A DNA stretch of 64,000 nt from a virus (taxonomy: Duplodnaviria; Caudoviricetes): positions 1 through 64,000 of the IMG/VR virus record IMGVR_UViG_3300021255_002056, one strand, 5' to 3'. The translations under genes were made by a program, and so were the position numbers. The notes below the pieces were generated by a model. The model saw nothing but the letters and a program-made list of their open reading frames with translations. It did no database searches and was not told where the DNA came from. Numbering within the stretch: position 1 is the first letter of the stretch; each line of letters opens with the position of its first letter. Positions 9,001 through 16,851 of this stretch are shown here, in pieces.

Positions 9001-9192
9001 TTAAATAGACTCTCTGATTACTACATGATTTTCTAATATAACTTCTTCACCATCTACATTTCTTTTTACTACTTTGCGAGTACCAACTTCTGCAATTGGT
9101 ATAATCTCATCCTTTTTAATGTTATAAATAGCGATAGGAAGTTCTTGATCATACTCTTGTAGTGCTTCAATTAAATCTTTAACTCTCTTCAT
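9001..9192 (-). CDS. MTVxELI-like family small protein
   Basis: MKRVKDLIEALQEYDQELPIAI; start corrected. Confidence 0.6.
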   Translation of the reverse strand: MKRVKDLIEALQEYDQELPIAIYNIKKDEIIPIAEVGTRKVVKRNVDGEEVILENHVVIRESI

Positions 9193-9236
9193 TTTGATTT
9201 CCTCCTTCATAAGAGCAGCCGAAAAACAAAAGAGTC

Positions 9237-9434
9237 TTATGCAGACTCTTCGTTTGATTCTTTGGCAACAGATTCCTCTGTCAGGATGCCGATGTCTTTT
9301 AAATGACATTCAAGCCCATCGATCTCTGTGCTAAGTTCCATCATCTTAGCTTTGAGATGTTTAGCTTTTTGCCTTTCTTTAAAAGCTATAAACAGCGATC
9401 CAATTGTAATTAATCCTAGTAATTTGTTGCTCAT
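9237..9434 (-). CDS. single-TM coiled-coil protein
   Basis: ORF track; ends EESA* in hairpin. Confidence 0.6.
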   Translation of the reverse strand: MSNKLLGLITIGSLFIAFKERQKAKHLKAKMMELSTEIDGLECHLKDIGILTEESVAKESNEESA

Positions 9435-9497
9435 TTTGAATCCTCCTTCATAATAGGAATGGTAATATTCGCGAAAAGAAAAGGACTTAGTAAGTCC

Positions 9498-9713
9498 TTA
9501 ATCTAATTCTTTGCATGCCTGATTAAAATGCCGTACATATATGCTTAGCTCTCTTATTGCCGTTTCTGCTTCATCACAACACTCCTGATCAGTCGAATAA
9601 GTCTCCTGATCGAGTATTGTTAAAGCTTCCATGGCTTTATCTTCTATCGCTTCAGCATAGTATAATAAAGCATCTTTCTTGCAGCTGAAATTAGATAAAT
9701 CTAAAACCTCCAT
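9498..9713 (-). CDS. cassette protein, KKDALxYYA paralog 1
   Basis: Start corrected to MEVL. Confidence 0.6.
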   Translation of the reverse strand: MEVLDLSNFSCKKDALLYYAEAIEDKAMEALTILDQETYSTDQECCDEAETAIRELSIYVRHFNQACKELD

Positions 9714-9806
9714 ATTGTCCTCCTTCATAAAAGACGGAGTTATTTCTGCGAAATACAGTTTTCACTTTGTTCAAACAGAAAAATAAAAGAGGATTTATAG
9801 TCCTCT

Positions 9807-10010
9807 TTATAGCCATTCATGTTCCAAGGCTTCTTTATAATGCTTATAAAAAATATCAACCCATCTGGCATTACGATTTGACTCATCAAAGTCTGGTTCG
9901 TCCTTGTTCAAACATTCCAGAGCTTTTGCTGAGAAATCGAGCATACCTTTTGCATAATATCTTAATGCATCCTTTTTAGTCTCGAAATGATTAATGCTAT
10001 AAATACCCAT
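9807..10010 (-). CDS. cassette protein, KKDALxYYA paralog 2
   Basis: Start corrected to MGIY. Confidence 0.6.
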   Translation of the reverse strand: MGIYSINHFETKKDALRYYAKGMLDFSAKALECLNKDEPDFDESNRNARWVDIFYKHYKEALEHEWL

Positions 10011-10077
10011 CTTTATTTTCCTCCTCATAATAGAACAGGAAAAATAAAAGAGCCAGTGCTCCTTAACCCCTTTTCGG

Positions 10078-10168
10078 ATCGGATTCAAACCGACGCTGAT
10101 AGCTTATCCGTACATATAGGATTTCTATACGGAGTACGATCGTCATCGTAACCAGGATTCAAACCTGG
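10078..10168 (-). ncRNA. candidate structured RNA with two T-loop hairpins
   Basis: CCAGG-TTTGAAT-CCTGG and GTCGG-TTTGAAT-CCGAT with two hairpins between; no convincing ORF in this cassette. Confidence 0.4.
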
Positions 10169-10230
10169 CAGGCCCAATTAGTTCAACTCTTTTATTTCTC
10201 CTCGTAATAGAACACGAAAAATAAAAGAGA

Positions 10231-10551
10231 CTATTTGATAGTCTCCAAAGATTTGTAGAATTTTACCGCATCGGATTCCAATTCAAATTTTCCATCTGTT
10301 GCGATCTTGTATATTTCATAGACTTCTTCCTCTGGCAATCCTAAATGATCCAGCCAGTCCGCAAAATAACTTCTATGATGCGGGCCTCTTGGATTCTTAA
10401 CTTTAGCATAGCACCCACTAAAATCGCCTATGCTCTTTGCCCAAGATGCAATATACCTTGAATATGGAATTCCCTGCGATGAAATCTTATTTTCATTGTA
10501 ATTCTCCGGAATACCACCAATAGTAAACTCTCTTATTTCAATATTACTCAT
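10231..10551 (-). CDS. hypothetical phage protein (GIPYSRYIASW)
   Basis: Start corrected to MSNIE. Confidence 0.6.
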   Translation of the reverse strand: MSNIEIREFTIGGIPENYNENKISSQGIPYSRYIASWAKSIGDFSGCYAKVKNPRGPHHRSYFADWLDHLGLPEEEVYEIYKIATDGKFELESDAVKFYKSLETIK

Positions 10552-10632
10552 TCTGTAATACCTCCTCATAAGAGAATAAGTTATTTCTGCGAAATACAGT
10601 TTCGCTTTGATCAAACAGAAAAATAAAAGAGA

Positions 10633-10935
10633 CTATGATAAGTCTCTAATTTTTGACAGTAAATTAACTACATCGTTGTCTGTTAGCCGGCCCTCTACAT
10701 CGTCCGTGATGTCCGTATCATATACAAGATCAAAATCATCAATAATATCAGGATTTCTGTATTCTACAACAGCTAGCTCCCAAAGATCCTTATCAGATCC
10801 ATAGGAGCCAAAGTGTTTTACTACAGATGCTCCATATCCATTATCAAATTTGAATAAATACTGAACTCCGTCGAATAAAGGCCCTTTCTTAATTAAATAG
10901 TTTTCAAAACCGTCATAATTTAAATTCTTCGTCAT
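10633..10935 (-). CDS. hypothetical phage protein (FDNGYGASVV...LWELAV)
   Basis: Recurrent phage motif; start corrected. Confidence 0.65.
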   Translation of the reverse strand: MTKNLNYDGFENYLIKKGPLFDGVQYLFKFDNGYGASVVKHFGSYGSDKDLWELAVVEYRNPDIIDDFDLVYDTDITDDVEGRLTDNDVVNLLSKIRDLS

Positions 10936-10980
10936 ACTCTTTTCCTCCTTCATTAAAGAGTAGGAAAAAGAAAAGAGACG

Positions 10981-11307
10981 CTAAGCTTCAGCGTCCCAAG
11001 AATTGTCTTCTTCGTCACAAATACGTTGGACATCCTCTTTGCCAATCCATTTTTCGCCAAAGTGATCGAGTATTTCCTGACGAGAATACCCTTCTCGATA
11101 CATATCTAAAACCATTTTGTCTCTTCTTTTGAGTTCGTCATTAAATTTATCCAACATTTCAGCGGACTGTTTCAGTTCTTCAAACCTACGTTTTAGCTCA
11201 ATTTCTTGCTTAGCTTTTGTATAAGACTTCACAAAAGTTGAACCTAACACAATAGTGTTTTTGACAACTACATAAATCCCGATAATTTCAAATAAATTAT
11301 ATTTCAT
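10981..11307 (-). CDS. hypothetical protein with possible C-terminal HTH
   Basis: VLDMYREGYSRQEILDHFG. Confidence 0.55.
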   Translation of the reverse strand: MKYNLFEIIGIYVVVKNTIVLGSTFVKSYTKAKQEIELKRRFEELKQSAEMLDKFNDELKRRDKMVLDMYREGYSRQEILDHFGEKWIGKEDVQRICDEEDNSWDAEA

Positions 11308-11403
11308 AACGTAATTCCTCCTCATAAGAGAATAAGTTATTTCTGCGAAATACAGTTTTCACTTTGCTCAAACAGAAAAATAAAAGAGCCTTATTCAGAC
11401 TCT

Positions 11404-11718
11404 TTAGTCAAGCAAAGGCTCTTCAACAACATATAATTCATGTTCTTCAACAACCCCTGTAAGTGAATATTTGATACAACATTTTATTGATCGTCTTATC
11501 ACTCCGTTAAAAAATACTGTTTTATCTTCAGATATTTCGCATTCGTCTTCTAAAAAACCATCTGATTCTATTAAAAACTTTTTGATATCAATTTCTTTAA
11601 TAAAATCAATTGCGCTTTTTCTAGTTTTAAACACTTTTATCACTAAACAGTATTTTTCATCATAATCTCCGTAATCAACATCCGTTTCATCTAATACTAA
11701 ATACACAGTGTCATTCAT
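11404..11718 (-). CDS. cassette protein, VYxV...VFKTxxxA paralog
   Basis: Start corrected to MNDTVY. Confidence 0.6.
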   Translation of the reverse strand: MNDTVYLVLDETDVDYGDYDEKYCLVIKVFKTRKSAIDFIKEIDIKKFLIESDGFLEDECEISEDKTVFFNGVIRRSIKCCIKYSLTGVVEEHELYVVEEPLLD

Positions 11719-11762
11719 TTTGAATTTCCTCCTCATAAGAGCCATAGAAAAATAAAAGAAGC

Positions 11763-12176
11763 TTAAATCTTAGCTTCTTTCATCCAGAACTCAATCTCGA
11801 CTTTCGGATCGATTTTTAAGCACCCTATAAGCTGTAGCTCATCGCCTAATCTGTAGGTCATAATATTCCTTTTCATTTGCTTATTGATCCAATTAATGAA
11901 CTGTTTTGTGCAAGCTTCTCTTATGAAGTCATTATACTCAACAAGTTCTGTCCAATCTTTACCCTTATTTTCTTCGAAATAATTCGGGTGAAGTTCGTTC
12001 CATTCTTTGTTAAGCTTTTCATATCCTTCATCAGAGTTACATAACTTTGCATAAACATTATGCGTCTGCATTAGCTCTTCTTTCATAAGCTTTTCTAAAC
12101 CAGGAATAAACCTAGCGAACGATTTCTTAAAGTTTCTTATCTCATAGTGCACTTCAAAATATAATTCGTGTTCCAT
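11763..12176 (-). CDS. hypothetical protein
   Basis: Junction-flanked. Confidence 0.6.
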   Translation of the reverse strand: MEHELYFEVHYEIRNFKKSFARFIPGLEKLMKEELMQTHNVYAKLCNSDEGYEKLNKEWNELHPNYFEENKGKDWTELVEYNDFIREACTKQFINWINKQMKRNIMTYRLGDELQLIGCLKIDPKVEIEFWMKEAKI

Positions 12177-12220
12177 TTGAATTCCTCCTCATAATAGACG
12201 AAGAAAAATAAAAGAGGAAA

Positions 12221-12391
12221 TTAATCCTCATAGTCATACTCGATCTTCACCGAAACATTTTTTATGTGCGGATCTGATTGCTTTATTTTATCAGCCCAAA
12301 ATAGTTCTTCAAGATTGGGCTTTTTCTTTATAAGCTTTCCATTAATCTCTTTCTCTGCTTGCTTCAGTAAATCAAGTGACATTTTATTCAT
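12221..12391 (-). CDS. hypothetical protein
   Basis: Junction-flanked; start corrected. Confidence 0.55.
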   Translation of the reverse strand: MNKMSLDLLKQAEKEINGKLIKKKPNLEELFWADKIKQSDPHIKNVSVKIEYDYED

Positions 12392-12435
12392 AATTGAATT
12401 CCTCCTCATAAGAGAACCAGAAAAATAAAAGAGCC

Positions 12436-12657
12436 TTATTCAGACTCTTTGGACTTTTTATTTTTATTTCTTACAAGTTTACGACCGATAAAATATATAG
12501 CTGTAGTAAATAGCGTACCAATAAATATTCCGTGTTTATTTCCTTCATCGTATGCATCCGTCAAGGCAGGATATACGAAATCCGGATTAAAATCGATAAT
12601 TGGTTCAGCCAAATCATTAAATATATTATTAACGGTTTTTTCTCTATGTGTAAGCAT
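12436..12657 (-). CDS. single-TM protein
   Basis: GIFIGTLFTTAIYFIG then basic tail; ends ESE*. Confidence 0.6.
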   Translation of the reverse strand: MLTHREKTVNNIFNDLAEPIIDFNPDFVYPALTDAYDEGNKHGIFIGTLFTTAIYFIGRKLVRNKNKKSKESE

Positions 12658-12700
12658 AAAAATCTCCTTTCCATTAAAGACCTGGAAAAATAAAAGAAGT

Positions 12701-12985
12701 CTAAAATTCGGCTTCTTTTAAATTCTGAAAATACAAAATGTGATTAATATAACTTTCTATTAAAGTTTTCTTATACTCTTTTAGTTTTTTTAAATCACGT
12801 TTCGCTACAACAAGCATTCTATACATTTGATTATTATGCATAAAAGCTGGATAATATTCAATTTGTGCATAAGTAAATAGCCAATTATCACGATAATCTT
12901 TTTTACATAAATAATTAAAATATTTTATCTCTCTATCTGATTGCGTAAAAAGAATATAAAAATCTTTATTATCTATAATTTCCAT
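12701..12985 (-). CDS. hypothetical protein
   Basis: Junction-flanked. Confidence 0.55.
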   Translation of the reverse strand: MEIIDNKDFYILFTQSDREIKYFNYLCKKDYRDNWLFTYAQIEYYPAFMHNNQMYRMLVVAKRDLKKLKEYKKTLIESYINHILYFQNLKEAEF

Positions 12986-13215
12986 TTCGATTTTCTCCTT
13001 TCATAAAAGAAAGAGAAAAATAAAAGAGCCTTATTTAGGCTCCATGCTGTTTTTGACGAGATGCCAATCTTTGTCATCCCATAATCTTTCAAAAGTCTCT
13101 AAATCATCAGAATCAACTGTAACCTTTTCATCTGTGATTTCATTTTGAAATACTATAGTAAAACCCATTTTGCATTTCCTCCTTCATTAAAGAACTAGAA
13201 AAATAAAAGAGGACA

Positions 13216-13488
13216 TTAGTCCTTCTTATCCCAATACCCAAATCCATGAGTTTTGAAATATTCGTCAAATGTCCAGTTTTTCTTTTTCGGAATCTCAAAG
13301 TCACCCATAAGCATCGGATGCGCATATATTGTGGCTATTGCAACACGATATGGATTGAGTCTATCAAGTGGCTTCAAATGTTTCACAACAAAATCGGCGA
13401 CATCATGATCGTAAACCTCAGTTCCATCGTCCCGTGAGCTATACCCATAATCATCGTGATTCTCAAAATACTTATTAAGTTTTTTCAT
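13216..13488 (-). CDS. hypothetical protein
   Basis: Junction-flanked. Confidence 0.6.
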   Translation of the reverse strand: MKKLNKYFENHDDYGYSSRDDGTEVYDHDVADFVVKHLKPLDRLNPYRVAIATIYAHPMLMGDFEIPKKKNWTFDEYFKTHGFGYWDKKD

Positions 13489-13545
13489 AATAAATTCCTC
13501 CTCATAAGAGAATGAGAAAAATAAAAGAGCTTGTTACAGCTCTTT

Positions 13546-13899
13546 TCAGAAAATATCACCGTATAAAGTAAATTCAATAATTGATACGCATTTCGTAAAT
13601 TCCTCCCAGCAAAGACGTTTATGATTTATTGGGATTAATAGTAATTCTTGAAAATAATTTTCATCATCGTAGTCGTCTAATTCAAACGCAGATGAAAGCC
13701 GTAAATAATACTGATTTTTTATCTTTTCAGTATTCAACATATACCTATAACTTCCATCTGAATTTGGACCAAATAACGAGACTCTACCAGTTTCTGATTT
13801 CCAATAATCAAGATTTTCCCCATTACCATTTCTGTCAAAGCCTTCCTGAAAGAAAATTGTGGATACTGCTTTAATTATTTCTTTTTGTTCTTTTGTCAT
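13546..13899 (-). CDS. hypothetical protein
   Basis: Junction-flanked. Confidence 0.6.
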   Translation of the reverse strand: MTKEQKEIIKAVSTIFFQEGFDRNGNGENLDYWKSETGRVSLFGPNSDGSYRYMLNTEKIKNQYYLRLSSAFELDDYDDENYFQELLLIPINHKRLCWEEFTKCVSIIEFTLYGDIF

Positions 13900-13955
13900 A
13901 TTTCCTCCTCATAAGAGTCAGAGAAAAATAAAAGAGTCTTATTTAGACCCTTCTT

Positions 13956-14132
13956 TTAATCCTCTAAAAGTACTTCATTAATATGCAATAGTTTAACTAT
14001 CCCATTGTTATTAATATGATCAATGTATTCTTCTGCTTTTTCTTTTGTTTTAAACGCAATGATAGCATCCGAAGCACCGTAATCATCACTATAATCAGAC
14101 GGATAGTCTTCTACTACAACATAAATTTTCAT
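13956..14132 (-). CDS. cassette protein, VYxV...FKTKEKA paralog
   Basis: Start corrected to MKIYVV. Confidence 0.6.
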   Translation of the reverse strand: MKIYVVVEDYPSDYSDDYGASDAIIAFKTKEKAEEYIDHINNNGIVKLLHINEVLLED

Positions 14133-14175
14133 ATCTTTTTCCTCCTCATAAAAGTAAGAGAAAAATAAAAGAGCC

Positions 14176-14439
14176 TTATTCAGACTCTTCACTCAGTTTT
14201 CTTCCGCAAAATGGGCAATAATTAATTCCCAATTGTTTTTGAAATATAAGTGTGTAATGATCTTCTTTGCTATCGTAGAATTCAACACTAGTATCAATAC
14301 TAGGATCCCATTCCTCGTTTCCAAATTGGATAATGCGGAATATCAATGATCCGATCGAACCAATATCGATTTCTTCATCGGCGTGATAATATTCATCTCT
14401 TGCACCTATTTCTTTTTTCTTTTCACAATATTTGCACAT
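14176..14439 (-). CDS. zinc-binding protein (CKYC...YCPFCGRKL)
   Basis: Two CxxC pairs; ends EESE*. Confidence 0.65.
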   Translation of the reverse strand: MCKYCEKKKEIGARDEYYHADEEIDIGSIGSLIFRIIQFGNEEWDPSIDTSVEFYDSKEDHYTLIFQKQLGINYCPFCGRKLSEESE

Positions 14440-14494
14440 TTTGTTTACCTCCTCATAAAAGTAAGAGAAAAATAAAAGAGCCTGTTAAAGCTCT

Positions 14495-14878
14495 TTATAT
14501 AAGTTCGAATTCTTCAATGTATAATATTACATCCCAAATATCAGATCCATAGAAAATTGAATCATCAAGCATGTACTCATTATTTAATAATGTTTTAATA
14601 CTCTCATTTATTTCTTCATCAGAATATCGTGTGAATACATAGCCATCTTTATCTTCGTGACATATAATTTTTCTTTTGTTTTCATAATTATTATCGATTA
14701 AAACTTTAATGTTATCGAAATAACCATGATCTAGTCCAGATTTCTCAATGTCATAATTTGCGATGTATTCTTTAGCTTTTTCCGATGATCCAGCAACACA
14801 TAACAAATATGTATTATGCTCATGATCCTCATATTCTCCTCTATTAGATTCTTCTTTTAAAACACAATATACTTTCAT
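14495..14878 (-). CDS. cassette protein, VYxV...SSEKA paralog
   Basis: Start corrected to MKVYC. Confidence 0.6.
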   Translation of the reverse strand: MKVYCVLKEESNRGEYEDHEHNTYLLCVAGSSEKAKEYIANYDIEKSGLDHGYFDNIKVLIDNNYENKRKIICHEDKDGYVFTRYSDEEINESIKTLLNNEYMLDDSIFYGSDIWDVILYIEEFELI

Positions 14879-14922
14879 TTTGAATTTCCTCCTCATAAGA
14901 GTCAGAGAAAAATAAAAGAGTC

Positions 14923-15120
14923 TTATTTAGACTCTTCATTAGAATTATATCCGATATAAAGCACAGTTGTATCAGTTCTTTCATTATAATGCTCGTGAAC
15001 ATGAGTTATTGGACCCTCTACATAACTCCAATCATCTCCGTCGCCAGCTAGTCCATCAATACAAACTTCCATATCAGGATTAAGTAATTCTAATTTTTCT
15101 TTAAGCTCTTTTACTGTCAT
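14923..15120 (-). CDS. MTVxEL-family small protein
   Basis: MTVKELKEKLELLNPDMEVCI; start corrected. Confidence 0.6.
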   Translation of the reverse strand: MTVKELKEKLELLNPDMEVCIDGLAGDGDDWSYVEGPITHVHEHYNERTDTTVLYIGYNSNEESK

Positions 15121-15228
15121 AAATATTTCCTCTCTTTCATAATACACTCTGTAATTCGCACGAAGGTTACGATGTGGTATGATGTAATCGGTTCGTACAT
15201 TGTCATAAGAGAAAGGAGAATATATTAC

Positions 15229-16302
15229 ATGACAAGAGCCAAACGCCATATGAAGCTGCCAAACGGCTTCGGACAGATCACTAAGATCCGAGGGAATCTT
15301 AGAAAACCATATCGAGTAATGACCACTGTAGGAATATCAGCAGAAGGAAGACCGATCTGTAAGATACTCAAGCCTCAAGGATACTTTGAGACCTACAACG
15401 AAGCTTATTACGCTCTGATGGAGCATCATAAAAATCCATATGATGTAAGTCAGGACACAACATTTTCCGAACTGTTCGAGGAATGGATCAAACTTAAAGC
15501 CGATACAGTATCTGAAGGAAGACTCAGACTGCTGAAATCAACATTCAAGAACTTATCTGATCTACATGGTATGCCTATGCGTGAAATAAAGCCTAGAATT
15601 ATCCGTGCTCAAATGGACAAATTCTCGTATCTGGTAAGAGGACCTAAGGATGTTAAAACTTTGCTGAATTTGGTATTTGACTATGCTATTGAAAACGAGA
15701 TAGTTGAAAAGAACTACGCCAGAGAAATCCGGTCGAACACCAAGATTGAAGAAGGATCACATCATATCTCTTTCACAGATGATGAAATATCAGTCTTATG
15801 GAGTCATTCAGATGAGGATCCGGTAAAGATGATGCTGATTCAGTGTTATACCGGTTTGAGACCTGGTGAATTAGTTAATCTAAAAGCTGAGAATATCTTT
15901 CTTGACGAGAATAAGATCGTGACAGGATCTAAATCAGAAGCTGGAAGAAACAGACAGATACCTATTCATCCTTGTATTTTGGAATTTGTGAAACATTTTA
16001 TGAAATTTTCATCCGGGAAAAATTTTGGATTTCTATTTTGTGATTCCCACAGTGAAAAAGTACGGATAGAAAGCTACAGAACGTCATTTAAGGAAATTAT
16101 TGAAAAATATCAGCTGAATCCTGAGCATAAGTGTCATGATCCGAGGAAGTTCTTTGTTACTACTGCTAAGAAATATCAACTTAATGAGTATGCAATTAAG
16201 CGTATTGTAGGACATAAAATCAAGGATTTGACTGAGAAAGTCTATACTGAAAGATCGTTTGACTGGTTATACTCTGAAATTTGCAAAATTAAGAGTGTAT
16301 GA
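15229..16302 (+). CDS. int: tyrosine recombinase / phage integrase
   Basis: N-terminal LPNGFGQI arm-binding region; catalytic TGLRPGEL (R), K, HDPR (HxxR), GH, YT; RBS GAAAGGAG places the start at 15229. Confidence 0.93.
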   Translation: MTRAKRHMKLPNGFGQITKIRGNLRKPYRVMTTVGISAEGRPICKILKPQGYFETYNEAYYALMEHHKNPYDVSQDTTFSELFEEWIKLKADTVSEGRLRLLKSTFKNLSDLHGMPMREIKPRIIRAQMDKFSYLVRGPKDVKTLLNLVFDYAIENEIVEKNYAREIRSNTKIEEGSHHISFTDDEISVLWSHSDEDPVKMMLIQCYTGLRPGELVNLKAENIFLDENKIVTGSKSEAGRNRQIPIHPCILEFVKHFMKFSSGKNFGFLFCDSHSEKVRIESYRTSFKEIIEKYQLNPEHKCHDPRKFFVTTAKKYQLNEYAIKRIVGHKIKDLTEKVYTERSFDWLYSEICKIKSV

Positions 16303-16488
16303 ATAATGTACAAACGGGGCAAGATTAATGGCTTTTAACCGCATCCTACCCCGTCAAAATATCAGTAATTATGCATGTTTTCGCATAATTATTAGTTAAA
16401 TGGTGATCAGTACGGGATTAATTCGTATCGTAAAAACCATAATAAATAAAGCATTTTATTGAATCACTGTATGAACAATGTACGAACC
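16296..16488. other. putative attP with arm-type sites and tRNA-3'-like core (16401-16419)
   Basis: TGTATGAAYAATGTACRAAC at 16296 and 16468; the minus-strand core AATCCCGTACTGATCACCA resembles a tRNA T-arm, acceptor and CCA. Confidence 0.65.
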
Positions 16489-16510
16489 ACGGCAAAAATA
16501 AAAGGACCTG

Positions 16511-16762
16511 TTAAGATCCTTTTAAATTAGATTCAACTTTATTACGATATTTATCATATTCCATTTTTAATTGAGAATAAGAAGATTCTAAAGCTTTTAT
16601 TCGTTTAGTTCTTATTCCATATGCATTACTACAAATAAAATCTATTATGCCGATATCATTTGTATAAATTGGACAGTATTTTAAGAACTCTTCTTTAATG
16701 TTCTTTAAAACTCTAATTCTATTACTTTTCTCAATTATTTTAGGCATTCCTTTATTTTTCAT
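16511..16762 (-). CDS. hypothetical cassette protein
   Basis: Junction-flanked; start corrected. Confidence 0.55.
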   Translation of the reverse strand: MKNKGMPKIIEKSNRIRVLKNIKEEFLKYCPIYTNDIGIIDFICSNAYGIRTKRIKALESSYSQLKMEYDKYRNKVESNLKGS

Positions 16763-16851
16763 AATTAAGTTCCTCCTCATAAGAGAACTGGAAAAATAAA
16801 AGACAGCTCCATCAGCTAAGTGAAGGAGCTTTAGATTCAACTGCTTATTTA

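Larger units (their letters stand above)
9739..11388. repeat. three near-identical 52-53 bp regulatory repeats (9739-9791, 10580-10631, 11336-11388)
   Basis: GTTATTTCTGCGAAATACAGTTT(T)CRCTTTGNTCAAACAGAAAAATAAAAGAG. Confidence 0.9.
2500..16835 (-). repeat. about 35 dispersed intergenic junction repeats (hairpin + TTTTATTTTTC + N5 + CTxTxATGA + RBS)
   Basis: Plus-strand GAAAAATAAAAGAG or a variant at about 5612, 9778, 10040, 10217, 10618, 11375, 11747, 12202, 12420, 12685, 13015, 13198, 13517, 13923, 14159, 14467, 14907, 16791 and others. Confidence 0.9.

Noticed and set aside
15172-15228. Integrase start at 15172 and the extended N-termini of many cassette ORFs in the track
   Set aside because: These extensions translate through the junction or RBS sequence; SD position supports the downstream ATGs.
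15229-16302. Classical integron (IntI plus attC cassettes)
   Set aside because: The hairpins lack RYYYAAC/GTTRRRY ends, and the integrase has a phage-type arm-binding N-terminus with its own attP-like site. Cassette shuffling by another route remains open.
2500-16835. CRISPR array explanation for the junction repeats
   Set aside because: The intervening sequences are 150-450 bp ORFs of variable length, the repeats are degenerate and include RBSs, and there are no cas genes.
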